A stretch of 64,000 bases of DNA from an uncultured Pseudomonadota bacterium (lineage in GTDB: Bacteria > BMS3Abin14): contig CAYVSA010000001.1 in the NCBI GenBank assembly GCA_964454175.1, positions 9,993 through 73,992 on the forward strand. The letters are read 5' to 3'. The position numbers were made by a program, and so were the translations under genes. Positions 28,026-37,813 of the stretch are shown here, in pieces. The notes under the pieces are model-generated. The model was not told where the DNA came from. It worked only from the letters and a program-made list of their open reading frames with translations, and ran no database searches. Positions within the stretch are counted from its first letter, which is position 1, and each line of letters starts with the position of its first letter.

Positions 28026-29198
28026 TTGGCAAGACAGGAGATAATGACCATTAATATGGGTCCCCACCACCCCTCGACCCACGGGGTGCTCAGGGTGATC
28101 CTTGAGCTGGACGGTGAGACGGTGATAAATGCCGTGCCGGATATCGGCTATCTCCACCGGGGCATAGAAAAACTCGCCGAGCACAAGAAATACATCCAGG
28201 TCCTGCCGCTCACCGACAGGCTGGATTACCTCGCTTCTGGTACGAACAACCTCGCCTATATCCTGGCAGTGGAAAAGCTGCTGGGTCTCGAAGCCCCCAG
28301 ACGGGCCAGGTACATCAGAACCATATTCGCCGAGCTGACGAGGATCGGGAGCCATCTTCTCTGGCTGGGTACTCACGCCGCCGACATCGGAGCCATGACT
28401 GTGCTCCTTTACGGCATGAGAGAGCGGGAGGACGTCCTGGACATCATCGAGGAAACAGCGGGTACACGCCTCATGATGACGTACTTCAGGCCAGGCGGAG
28501 TCGTGAGGGATCTCCCTCCCGGCTTTGACAAGAAGATAAAGAGCTTCCTGAAAACATTCCCCGCAAGGATCGACGAATATGAAAGGCTTCTGACGAAGAA
28601 CAGGATATGGCTCCAGAGGACTGTGGGCATCGGTACGATAAGCCGGGATGAAGCCGTATCCCTGGGGCTTTCGGGTCCGGCTCTGCGCGGTTCGGGAGTG
28701 GACTGGGATATCAGGCGTGACGAGCCTTACGAGGCCTATGATGAGATCGAGTTCGACGTCCCCGTTTATGAGGGCGGCGATGTCTATTCCAGGTATCTGG
28801 CCAGAATAGGTGAACTCAGGCAGAGCGTGCGAATGCTTCTTCAACTCGTGGAAGGCCTGCCCGAAGGGCCATATATCGAAAGGACCGCCAAGTACGTACT
28901 CCCTGCCAAAGAAAGGCTGGACAGCTCCATGGAGGCCATGATCCACCACTTCAAGCTCGTTGTTGAGGGTATGACCCCCCCTGTGGGCGAAGTGTACTCC
29001 ACAATAGAATCTCCCAAGGGTGAGATCGGGTTCTACATCGTGAGCGATGGCAAGCCGCATCCGTACAGGCTCAGGATCAGGCCGCCGTCTTTCGTAAACC
29101 TCCAGTCCCTGTTAACCATGGCAAAGGGGAACATGATTGCTGATGTTGTAGCAATTATCGGAAGTCTTGACATAGTTCTTGGGGAAATTGATCGGTAG
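28026..29198 (+). CDS. nuoD: NADH-quinone oxidoreductase subunit D
   Basis: 'MTINMGPHHPSTHGVLR' matches the 49-kDa subunit. Confidence 0.95.
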   Translation: MARQEIMTINMGPHHPSTHGVLRVILELDGETVINAVPDIGYLHRGIEKLAEHKKYIQVLPLTDRLDYLASGTNNLAYILAVEKLLGLEAPRRARYIRTIFAELTRIGSHLLWLGTHAADIGAMTVLLYGMREREDVLDIIEETAGTRLMMTYFRPGGVVRDLPPGFDKKIKSFLKTFPARIDEYERLLTKNRIWLQRTVGIGTISRDEAVSLGLSGPALRGSGVDWDIRRDEPYEAYDEIEFDVPVYEGGDVYSRYLARIGELRQSVRMLLQLVEGLPEGPYIERTAKYVLPAKERLDSSMEAMIHHFKLVVEGMTPPVGEVYSTIESPKGEIGFYIVSDGKPHPYRLRIRPPSFVNLQSLLTMAKGNMIADVVAIIGSLDIVLGEIDR

Positions 29199-29200
29199 CG

Positions 29201-29683
29201 ATGATGAAACTGTTCGATTCGGAAGAAACAAAAGAGATGGAGGGCATAGCATTACGCTATGCGGCTCCTGCATCCGCGATAATGCCGCTCCTGCACTTTG
29301 TACAGGAAAGGAAGGGCTATCTGGCCGAGGAGTACCTGGTCTTTATCGCCGATTTTCTGGAGATCCCCCACGTCAGGGCCTTCGAGGTGGCAACCTACTA
29401 CACCATGTACTTCACTAAACCCGTAGGCAGGCACCTCATTCAAGTCTGCAGAAATCTGAGCTGCTCTGTAAACGGTGCGCCCGAAGTTATTGCATCTCTC
29501 AGGGAGACCCTGGGTGTTGGCATCGGTGAGACCACTTCCGACGGCATGTTCACGATCGTGGAAGTTGAGTGCATCGGCGCCTGCGACAAGGCGCCAGCCA
29601 TGATGGTCGACGACAAACTCTTCGAGATGGTCAGCCCTGAAACCCTGGGGATGATACTGGATTCATACAGGAAGACCGCGTGA
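29201..29683 (+). CDS. nuoE: NADH-quinone oxidoreductase subunit E (2Fe-2S)
   Basis: The ligands CRNLSC...CIGACDKAP and a thioredoxin-like fold are present. Confidence 0.9.
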   Translation: MMKLFDSEETKEMEGIALRYAAPASAIMPLLHFVQERKGYLAEEYLVFIADFLEIPHVRAFEVATYYTMYFTKPVGRHLIQVCRNLSCSVNGAPEVIASLRETLGVGIGETTSDGMFTIVEVECIGACDKAPAMMVDDKLFEMVSPETLGMILDSYRKTA

Positions 29684-29684
29684 A

Positions 29685-30980
29685 ATGACTAAGATCCTGA
29701 CCCGAAACATAGACCGGCCCAACCCGGCGAATATTGACTCGTACCTCTACAACGAGGGTTACCAGGCGCTTCCCATGGCACTGAATGATATGATGCCTGA
29801 AGATGTGATCGATGAGGTAAAGGCCTCCCGCATCAGGGGCCGCGGCGGTGCCGGGTTCCCGGCAGGCATGAAGTGGGATTTTGCCTCCAGGGACCCAAGG
29901 GGGCCCAAGAACATTATTGCCAACGCCGATGAGGGTGAGCCCGGGACGTTCAAGGACAGGGTGCTCATCGAAAAAGATCCCCACGCTCTCCTGGAGGGCA
30001 TGGCCATAGCGGGCTACGCTGTCGGCGCTGAGTTGGGATTTGTCTACATACGGGGGGAATACCCGGAAGGCGCCAGAATACTTGAAAAGGCCATCGCTGA
30101 TGCAGAGGCCAGGTCGTTCCTTGGCAAAAACATCCTGAACTCGGGGTTCGATTTCACCATAACAGTTCACAGGGGTGCAGGTGCCTACATCTGTGGGGAG
30201 GAAACCGCCCTTATCGAGTCACTGGAGGGCAAGAGAGGCCAATCAAGGATCCGGCCGCCTTTCCCGGTGAACGTCGGCTACATGAATCTGCCAACAGTAG
30301 TTAACAACGTTGAGACCCTTGCTAATATCCCTCAGATCATTCTCAGGGGCGGTGAGTGGTATGCCGGGTTCGGAACCCGGGAGTGTACAGGCACCAAGCT
30401 CTACTCGATAAGCGGTAAGGTGGCCAGGCCCGGGGTATACGAATTGCCCATGGGGACCACACTCAGAGATCTGATATTCGAGCACTGCGGCGGGATGAAG
30501 GACGGCAGGAGCTTCAAGGCCGCATTCCCGGGCGGTGCTTCCAGCGCCTGTCTTGACGAGACCGGGCTCGATGTCCAGCTGGACTTCAACTCCCTCGCGG
30601 CAGCTGGCAGTATGCTGGGTTCAGGGGCCGTCATGGTCCTCGATGATTCGGACGATATGGTCAAGGCTGTTCATGTCCTCATCAAGTTTTTCGAGCACGA
30701 GTCGTGCGGTAAATGCACTCCCTGCAGGGAGGGGCTGTTCTGGATAAGGCAGATATTGGACAGGATCCTCGCAGGGGGAGGGACCGAGAGCGACCTGGAA
30801 CTTCTTCTGAACATAAGCGAAAATATTGCGTCCACTTCATTTTGCGGCCTTGGAGAAGCTTCGGTAAGCGCTCTGGTCAGCACTATTAAAAAGTTCAGGA
30901 GCGAATTTCTGGCTTACATAAACTCTCCTGAGGAAAAAGCCGAAGAAACATCGGCATCGGGGCAGGAGCAGGCATCGTGA
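29685..30980 (+). CDS. nuoF: NADH-quinone oxidoreductase subunit F (FMN/NADH-binding, 4Fe-4S)
   Basis: 'GRGGAGFPAGMKW', 'ESCGKCTPCREG' and 'CGLG' are present. Confidence 0.95.
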   Translation: MTKILTRNIDRPNPANIDSYLYNEGYQALPMALNDMMPEDVIDEVKASRIRGRGGAGFPAGMKWDFASRDPRGPKNIIANADEGEPGTFKDRVLIEKDPHALLEGMAIAGYAVGAELGFVYIRGEYPEGARILEKAIADAEARSFLGKNILNSGFDFTITVHRGAGAYICGEETALIESLEGKRGQSRIRPPFPVNVGYMNLPTVVNNVETLANIPQIILRGGEWYAGFGTRECTGTKLYSISGKVARPGVYELPMGTTLRDLIFEHCGGMKDGRSFKAAFPGGASSACLDETGLDVQLDFNSLAAAGSMLGSGAVMVLDDSDDMVKAVHVLIKFFEHESCGKCTPCREGLFWIRQILDRILAGGGTESDLELLLNISENIASTSFCGLGEASVSALVSTIKKFRSEFLAYINSPEEKAEETSASGQEQAS

Positions 30981-33652
30981 TGGTCAAGATCGAAATTGAC
31001 GGCCGTCAAGTTACTGTTAACGGCCACATCACCGTGCTGGAGGCTGCGAGCAAGCTCGGTATCTACATACCGACCTTCTGCCACCATCCAAGGCTCTCGG
31101 AGCTCGGCGCCTGCAGGATGTGCCTCGTGGAAGTGGAGGGCATGGGTAAACTGCAGACGGCCTGTACGCTTGCAGTTGCAGAGGGAATGGTGATCAGGAC
31201 CAGCACTGACAGGGTGGAAAAATCCCGCCGCGCCATGCTCGAATTCCTGTTGATCAACCATCCACTGGAATGCACTGTGTGCGACGCTTCGGGAGAATGC
31301 ACCCTCCAGGACTTCGCTTTCAAGTTCGGCAGCGCCGAGACGAGGTTCACCGAGAAAAAGAGGGTATTGCGCGACCATATCATAAGCCCCCTCATCGACA
31401 GGAATCTGAACAGGTGCATCCAGTGCAAGCGGTGCGTTAGAATTTGTGACGAAGTTCAGGGCGTCACTGCCCTGGGTATGTCCTACCGCGGGGCAAAGAC
31501 TGTGGTGGGGCCATTTATGGAAAAATCACTGGACTGCGAATACTGCGGCCACTGCATATGGGCCTGCCCGGTGGGTGCCATCACTTCGCGGGTTATGAGA
31601 CACAAGATCCGCACGTGGGAGATGGACAAGGCTGAGGCTATATGCGCGTTCTGCAGCTGCGGCTGCACGCTCACATACAATCACAGGGACAACAGGGTCT
31701 ACAAGGTCACCCACGCTGACGGCAGGGGTGTTAATCAGGGCAGTCTCTGCTCGAGGGGTTATTTCGGATATGATGTGATAAACAGCCCGGAAAGGCTAAC
31801 GACACCACTTGTCCGAAAAGATGGTGAACTGGTTCAGGCAACATGGGAGGAGGCCCTTGAGACCGTTGCATCCGCGCTGGGCAAAGCTGCCGGTGAGGGC
31901 GGTGAAAACGCGGTGGGAGGCATCGTATCAGCTCGGCTTACAAACGAGGAACTATATCTGTTTCAGAAGCTGATGAGATCCTGCCTGTCCAGCAACTGTG
32001 TTGATGTGACCACCGGAGAGTGGAACAGAACAGTCCTTCCAGTACTTGAGGAAAGGCTGGGTGTCTTTGCTGCCACCAACTCCTTAGACGAGGTCACCTA
32101 TGCTGACTCCCTCATCATAATCGGCTGCGACATTACGGTGGAAAACCCCATAACTGGTATAAAGGTGAAGTCGGCCATCCACAGAGGGGGGTCGGTTTCC
32201 GAGATCAACCCCAGGAAAACAGCCCTGTCCCGCATGACAAAGAGGACCATGCTGGTTAGGCCCGGCAACGAACTTACCCTGGTTAAGGGCTTGATCAGGG
32301 CGGTCTTTGACGAGGATCTGATCAGCCAGGAGGACGGGAGCACCTGCAGCAACCTGGATGAACTCAGGCTGTCGGTATTAGACCAGGACCTGAAGTCGAT
32401 CTCCGATGAAACAGGAGTGTCTCAGGAAGACATCACAGGCCTTGCCAGGGAGTTCATGGGGGCGCGCAGGGCGTCCATAATATTCGGTGAGTCTGCTGTC
32501 ATGACTGAGCAGGGTCCGGCTCTTATCAATGCACTTATCGACCTGCTCATGCTCACCGGGAAATTGGGTCAGGAGGGTTTCGGCCTGTATCCCGTAAACG
32601 GTACAGCCAATTTTCAGGGAGCAGTGGACATGGGGGTCGCGCCGGCTCACCTGCCTGGCCACGCCCCCCTTGCTGTAAAGGGCTCGGCTAAAATGCTGGC
32701 CGACGCATGGAAGTCCTCTATCCCGGAAGGCCAGGGTCTTTCGGCTCCACAGATGCTTAAGGCTGCAGTGGAAGGTTCCCTGAAAACGCTCTATGTAGTG
32801 GGTGTAGACATAACCGGTTCTTTCCCCGACAGTTCGATCGCAGAAAAGGCCCTGTCTAACCTGGATTTCCTTGTTGTGCAGGACCTTTTCCTCACGGATA
32901 CAGCAAGGGCGGCAGATGTTGTTCTGCCCGCTGGCAGCCTGGCTGAAAAAAACGGCACCCTTACCAACGTGGAAAGGCGAATCCAGAGAACACGCAGGGC
33001 CATCGACGGGCTGGGGAAGTCCATGCCTGACTGGAGGATCTTTTCTGAACTCGGCGTAGCCCTGGGCCATATGGAAATGAAATATGTGAATGCTGCAGAG
33101 GTGCTGGACGAGATCGCGCAGACCGTGCCCTACTACTCCGGCATCAACCATCGAATACTGGCAGATAATGGGCTCCAGTGGCCCTTCACCCAGGATGACG
33201 CCAGGGAAGTTTACCATGAAGGTTATCTCGGGACCCGCCACCTCCTTTCAGGAGGAGTCGCTGACAGTCTCAGGTCATTTGCAGCCGTGAAATCCTGGGG
33301 CAAAGTGCCAGCGAACGCCGATTATCCCTATACCCTGGTCACAGGAGATCTCCTGTCCCATTCGGGCACCTTCACGCGCTACTCTGAATCGTTGAACAAG
33401 ATAGACTCTGAAGGTGCTGTCGTTATGAATCCGGAAACCGGGGCCAGCCTGGGCATAGATGATGGAGGAAAAGCCAGGGTTGTTTCGGCCCATGGTGAAC
33501 TAACTGTAAAGACCATTTATTCAGAAGACCTCATGGAGGATATTTTCTTCCTTCCGAAACATTTTGCCGACGTACCTGCAGGCAGGTTGATGAGTGCGTC
33601 GGGAAACGGCAGCGAGACTGCTGTTGTGCAGGTACGCGTGGAAAGAGCGTGA
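30977..33652 (+). CDS. nuoG: NADH-quinone oxidoreductase subunit G (long form, Mo-free molybdopterin-oxidoreductase fold)
   Basis: The N-terminal 2Fe-2S 'CHHPRLSELGACRMC', the clusters 'HPLECTVCDASGEC' and 'CIQCKRCVRICDE', and 'CAFCSCGCT' are present. There is no Cys/Sec or His at the FDH active-site position. Confidence 0.9.
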   Translation: MMVKIEIDGRQVTVNGHITVLEAASKLGIYIPTFCHHPRLSELGACRMCLVEVEGMGKLQTACTLAVAEGMVIRTSTDRVEKSRRAMLEFLLINHPLECTVCDASGECTLQDFAFKFGSAETRFTEKKRVLRDHIISPLIDRNLNRCIQCKRCVRICDEVQGVTALGMSYRGAKTVVGPFMEKSLDCEYCGHCIWACPVGAITSRVMRHKIRTWEMDKAEAICAFCSCGCTLTYNHRDNRVYKVTHADGRGVNQGSLCSRGYFGYDVINSPERLTTPLVRKDGELVQATWEEALETVASALGKAAGEGGENAVGGIVSARLTNEELYLFQKLMRSCLSSNCVDVTTGEWNRTVLPVLEERLGVFAATNSLDEVTYADSLIIIGCDITVENPITGIKVKSAIHRGGSVSEINPRKTALSRMTKRTMLVRPGNELTLVKGLIRAVFDEDLISQEDGSTCSNLDELRLSVLDQDLKSISDETGVSQEDITGLAREFMGARRASIIFGESAVMTEQGPALINALIDLLMLTGKLGQEGFGLYPVNGTANFQGAVDMGVAPAHLPGHAPLAVKGSAKMLADAWKSSIPEGQGLSAPQMLKAAVEGSLKTLYVVGVDITGSFPDSSIAEKALSNLDFLVVQDLFLTDTARAADVVLPAGSLAEKNGTLTNVERRIQRTRRAIDGLGKSMPDWRIFSELGVALGHMEMKYVNAAEVLDEIAQTVPYYSGINHRILADNGLQWPFTQDDAREVYHEGYLGTRHLLSGGVADSLRSFAAVKSWGKVPANADYPYTLVTGDLLSHSGTFTRYSESLNKIDSEGAVVMNPETGASLGIDDGGKARVVSAHGELTVKTIYSEDLMEDIFFLPKHFADVPAGRLMSASGNGSETAVVQVRVERA

Positions 33653-33665
33653 GGAGGTATAGACG

Positions 33666-34133
33666 ATGATCGATATCAGCCAGCTCAAGGCAATATCCTC
33701 CCTTGAAGGAGTGTCAGAGGACGCACTGTCGGAATTGGCCAGGGTAATGCAGAAGAGGGTCTACAAAGACTCTGACCCTATTTTTAACGAGAACACCGAA
33801 GGCGGTGACCTTTATCTCGTGGGCGAGGGATCCGTGAAGTTGGAGAAAAGGGCAAAAGAGGGAGAGGCCCAGAGCCTGTCAGTGGTTCGTGCCGGCGATT
33901 TCCTCGGGATAATGACCTTCCTTGTGGGCGGCAAGCACTCTGCAAGCGCCGTGGCCCATGACGACTGCACACTTTACGTCCTGGACAAGGCCTCTTTTGA
34001 TGCTTTCGTTGAAAAGTTCCCGGCCGATGCCAACAGCATCTTCATGATATTTATAGAACGGCTCATCGAATCAGTCAGAAGCATGTATGAGCGGTACATC
34101 GATATGGTCAACTACATGTGGAGGTGGCGGTGA
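33666..34133 (+). CDS. Standalone cyclic nucleotide-binding (CAP effector-like) domain protein
   Basis: 'LYLVGEGSVKLEK...VVRAGDFLGIMTFLVGGKHSASAVAHDDCTLYVLDKASF' is a cNMP-binding beta-barrel. There is no DNA-binding HTH. Its stop overlaps the next start by 16 nt. Confidence 0.6.
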   Translation: MIDISQLKAISSLEGVSEDALSELARVMQKRVYKDSDPIFNENTEGGDLYLVGEGSVKLEKRAKEGEAQSLSVVRAGDFLGIMTFLVGGKHSASAVAHDDCTLYVLDKASFDAFVEKFPADANSIFMIFIERLIESVRSMYERYIDMVNYMWRWR

Positions 34134-34651
34134 ACCCTGAGGAAATTGAGGGATACGAGGAAGAAGAAGAGCTCGATCTTTCTCCCGTCAATGACATACT
34201 GAGTGACCTGGGCGACGCGAAGGGGATGCTGATCCCGCTTCTGCAGGAAGTCCAGAAGGTTTTCGGGTATGTACCTGAAGACGCCGCCAATATGGTTGCC
34301 GATGGGCTGGGCCTTTACCGCAGCCAGGTCTATGGTGTTCTGACATTTTATACGCAGTTCCACCTGAGCCCCAGGGGACGGCATATCATACGCGCATGTT
34401 CCGGGACTGCCTGCCACGTCAGGGGCGGTAAGAGCGTTATTGCCAGGCTGGAGAATCTCCTGGAGATCGAACATGGAGAGACCACAGAAGACGGGCTTGC
34501 TTCCTTTGAAAAAGTTGCCTGCCTCGGGGCGTGCGGTCTCGCCCCGGTGATCATGATAGACAACGATGCCTTCGGACAGGTGGATCCAACAAAGACCGAG
34601 CGGATAATCGAGAACCTGCGCGAGGTGTCCGGCACACAGAAAAGTGATTGA
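34118..34651 (+). CDS. Second NuoE/HoxE/FdsG-like 2Fe-2S subunit
   Basis: The ligands 'CSGTACHVRGG...CLGACGLAPV' are present. It has an acidic N-terminal extension. Confidence 0.85.
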   Translation: MEVAVNPEEIEGYEEEEELDLSPVNDILSDLGDAKGMLIPLLQEVQKVFGYVPEDAANMVADGLGLYRSQVYGVLTFYTQFHLSPRGRHIIRACSGTACHVRGGKSVIARLENLLEIEHGETTEDGLASFEKVACLGACGLAPVIMIDNDAFGQVDPTKTERIIENLREVSGTQKSD

Positions 34652-34681
34652 TCGGCCGTAACAGGGAGGGCCGAAAGAGAT

Positions 34682-37600
34682 ATGTCTAAAAGTTCAAACG
34701 ATAAACTGATCGTACTGGGAATGGGCACATGCGGCCTGGCTTCCGGCGCGCGTGGAGTCCTCTCCCAGGTTGAAGAGGAACTTACCAGCCTCAAGCTGGA
34801 TGTGCCTATCCTTAAGACCGGCTGCATAGGGATGTGCTACCAGGAGGTTCTCCTGGACGTGTCACTCCCTGGCCGTACCAGGGTCACCTACGCCAAAGTT
34901 CAGCCCGAGATGGTCTCAAAGATCATTGAAAGCCATGTCGTAAAGGGAAAACCCGTAAACGATTACGCCATCGGGCAGATACAGCAGAACGGTGAAAAGG
35001 CGTATAAGGGCATCCCGACTTACGACGAGATGGATTTCTTCGCGAAGCAAAAGCGGATCGTTCTTCGGCGCTGTGGATTCATCGACCCTGACAAGATCGA
35101 GGATTACCTTGACACAGATGGTTACAAGGCCGCGGAAAAGGCCCTGACAACGCTATCGCCGACCGTGATCAGGGAGATCGTCAAGAAGGCTGGCCTGAGG
35201 GGCCGCGGCGGAGGCGGATTCCCCACCGGTCTCAAGTGGGAGTTCTGCGCCACGGCGGCAGGGGAACCGAAGTACCTCATCTGTAACGCGGATGAGGGTG
35301 ATCCGGGCGCCTTTATGGACAGGAGCGTTCTGGAAGGTGACCCGCACGCGCTGCTGGAGGGAATGATCATTGCGGCCTATGCTATCGGCGCAGAATACGG
35401 CTATATTTACTGCCGCGCAGAGTATCCCCTGGCGATCGAGAGACTGGGAACCGCTATTGCCCGGGCCGAGGAAAAAGGATTCCTGGGAAAGAATATATTC
35501 GGTACTGACTTTTCCTTTACCCTCAGGATCAAGGAGGGCGCCGGAGCTTTCGTCTGCGGCGAGGAAACTGCTCTCATGGCGTCCATCGAGGGTAAACGGG
35601 GCATGCCCCGATCGAGACCGCCTTTCCCTGCTCATAAAGGTCTCTGGGGTAAACCTTCCAACATCAACAACGTCGAGACTTTTGCCTGTGTCGCCCCCAT
35701 CATCCTTGGAGGCGCTGACAGTTATTCCTCGATCGGGACCGAAGGCACCAAGGGCACGAAAGTTTTCGCCCTTACCGGAAAGATCAATAACACGGGGCTG
35801 ATCGAGGTCCCCGCCGGTACCCAGCTAAAGGAGATAATTTACGATATCGGGGGCGGTATTGTTGGTGGAGGCAAGTTCAAAGCCGCCCAGCTCGGGGGCC
35901 CTTCAGGAGGCTGCCTGCCCGCCGAGATCGTTGAAACACCCATCGATTACGATTCACTGATCGAAGCCGGAGCCATGATGGGTTCGGGCGGCGTAGTTAT
36001 AATGGACGAGCGGACTTGCATGGTGGACGTTGCCAGGTTCTTTTTGAACTTCACAACTTCCGAGTCCTGCGGGAAATGTGTGCCCTGCCGCCTTGGGACC
36101 AAGACAATGCTCAGCATCCTGGAGCGTATCACCGCTGGCAAAGGTACCATGCAGGACCTTGTCAACCTGGAGGAGATGGGTGCACAGATAAAGACTACTT
36201 CCCTGTGCGGTCTGGGACAGACTGCCCCGAACCCGGTACTTTCCACCATCAGGTACTTCAGACACGAGTACGAGGCCCACATATTAAACAAGAGATGCCC
36301 CGCGGTAGTTTGCAAGGAGGTCATCTCATCACCGTGCCAGCATGTATGCCCTATCGAGACGGATGTTCCAGCATATGTAACCCTTATCGGGCAGGGGAAA
36401 TTCACGGCCGCTCTTGATCTCATCCGCATGACCAATCCCCTCCCGGCTGTCTGCGGCAGGGTCTGCCATCATCCGTGCGAAAGCAAGTGCAGACGCGGAG
36501 AACTGGACAGGCCTATCAGCATCAGAAACCTCAAGAGGGTAGCCTCCGATAACGCTGCCGCCGATGCTGCCACCGGAAAGTACCAGATCAAGTCAAAGAA
36601 GATCTCCGGCAAGGGAAAGAAGGTCGCTATCATCGGGGGCGGGCCTTCCGGTCTCACGGCAGCCCACTTCCTCGCACTCAAGGATTTTTCCCCTGTCATT
36701 TTCGAAAAACAGAGGGTAGCGGGCGGCATGCTTATGCTGGGAATACCTGAGTACCGCCTGCCGAGACAGACACTGAACCATGAGATCAGGGCAATCGAAG
36801 ATATGGGTGTCCAGATCCATTACAGCACCCCGGTGGGCGAGGCTGTCTCCTTCGATCAGCTCAGGATGGATCATGAAGCTGTATTTATTGCATCCGGTGC
36901 CCACGTCGATCTCAAGATGGGCATACCAGGTGAGGATTCCGAAGGGGTGTATGAAAGCCTCAGCTTCCTCAGAAGGGTTAACCTGGGAGAAGAAGTGGCA
37001 CTGGGAAACAAGGTTGCAGTCGTTGGTGGAGGCAATACCGCCATTGACGCATCGAGGATCGCCAGGCGCCTGGGTGCTGACGTGACGATCCTCTACAGGA
37101 GAACGCAAAATGAAATGCCCGCTGATGACATGGAGATCCATGAGGCTCTCCTGGAGGGTATAGAGCTGGAAACGCTCGTGGCCCCGGTGAAGGTACTTTC
37201 GTCCGGCGGGAAAATGACTGGCGCCACCTGTATCAGGATGGAACTTGGCGAGCCTGATTCTTCCGGAAGACGAAGGCCGGTTCCCATAGAGGGGTCCGAG
37301 TTTGACATTCACCTCGACAACCTGATCGTTGCAGTTTCAGGCAAGCCCGACCTTTCATACCTCACCGACAAACACGGGATAGGACTTTCCAGGTGGGATA
37401 CGGTGGATGTTCACCCCTACACGCAGATGACCAACGTGGAAGGCGTGTTTGCCGGGGGCGACGTGGTTACAGGCCCATGGATGGTCATAGATGCAATTGC
37501 AGCCGGCAAGAGGGCGGCAGCACACATGGAGCTGTTCTTAAACGGGGAGGAAGTTGCCCCATTGTACGATGTCACAAAACCCAATATCTCGGGAATAGAG

Positions 37601-37765
37601 GCAATTGAGCTTACGGATGAGGACATGACCCTTACGAGGCCTGACATGCCCACACTCGAAGTTGTCAAGAGGTTAAAGGACTTCGCTGAGGTTGAACTGG
37701 GTTTTTCCAAAGAAGAGGCTATGAAAGAGGCCAGGCGCTGCCTGCGCTGTGACATTTCTGATTAA
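34682..37765 (+). CDS. Fusion protein: thioredoxin-like 2Fe-2S domain + NuoF/HoxF/FdsB-like FMN-NADH domain + GltD-like NAD(P)H/FAD domain
   Basis: The N-terminus 'GMGTCGLASGA...CIGMCYQ' precedes the NuoF core with 'GRGGGGFPTGLKW', 'ESCGKCVPCRLG' and 'CGLG'. After that comes 'CQHVCPIE...CGRVCHHPCESKC', then the Rossmann folds 'VAIIGGGPSGLTAA' and 'VAVVGGGNTAID', and a C-terminal 'RCLRCD'. Length is 1027 aa. Confidence 0.85.
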   Translation: MSKSSNDKLIVLGMGTCGLASGARGVLSQVEEELTSLKLDVPILKTGCIGMCYQEVLLDVSLPGRTRVTYAKVQPEMVSKIIESHVVKGKPVNDYAIGQIQQNGEKAYKGIPTYDEMDFFAKQKRIVLRRCGFIDPDKIEDYLDTDGYKAAEKALTTLSPTVIREIVKKAGLRGRGGGGFPTGLKWEFCATAAGEPKYLICNADEGDPGAFMDRSVLEGDPHALLEGMIIAAYAIGAEYGYIYCRAEYPLAIERLGTAIARAEEKGFLGKNIFGTDFSFTLRIKEGAGAFVCGEETALMASIEGKRGMPRSRPPFPAHKGLWGKPSNINNVETFACVAPIILGGADSYSSIGTEGTKGTKVFALTGKINNTGLIEVPAGTQLKEIIYDIGGGIVGGGKFKAAQLGGPSGGCLPAEIVETPIDYDSLIEAGAMMGSGGVVIMDERTCMVDVARFFLNFTTSESCGKCVPCRLGTKTMLSILERITAGKGTMQDLVNLEEMGAQIKTTSLCGLGQTAPNPVLSTIRYFRHEYEAHILNKRCPAVVCKEVISSPCQHVCPIETDVPAYVTLIGQGKFTAALDLIRMTNPLPAVCGRVCHHPCESKCRRGELDRPISIRNLKRVASDNAAADAATGKYQIKSKKISGKGKKVAIIGGGPSGLTAAHFLALKDFSPVIFEKQRVAGGMLMLGIPEYRLPRQTLNHEIRAIEDMGVQIHYSTPVGEAVSFDQLRMDHEAVFIASGAHVDLKMGIPGEDSEGVYESLSFLRRVNLGEEVALGNKVAVVGGGNTAIDASRIARRLGADVTILYRRTQNEMPADDMEIHEALLEGIELETLVAPVKVLSSGGKMTGATCIRMELGEPDSSGRRRPVPIEGSEFDIHLDNLIVAVSGKPDLSYLTDKHGIGLSRWDTVDVHPYTQMTNVEGVFAGGDVVTGPWMVIDAIAAGKRAAAHMELFLNGEEVAPLYDVTKPNISGIEAIELTDEDMTLTRPDMPTLEVVKRLKDFAEVELGFSKEEAMKEARRCLRCDISD

Positions 37766-37813
37766 CGGGAGCAGCCTGCGTTAAAGCAGTTAATGAGGAG
37801 TAGGGAAAAGAGC

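Noticed and set aside
27789-29060. 423-aa ORF antisense to nuoC/nuoD
   Set aside because: It lies entirely within, and opposite to, highly conserved nuoC/nuoD coding sequence. Long antisense ORFs are expected at this GC content (~57%). The protein is low-complexity and has no recognisable motifs.
32378-33241. 287-aa ORF antisense to nuoG
   Set aside because: It overlaps a conserved gene on the other strand and has no domain signature.
36593-37312. 239-aa ORF antisense to the NuoF'-GltD fusion
   Set aside because: The same reasoning applies: the sense-strand gene has strong motif support and the antisense product has none.
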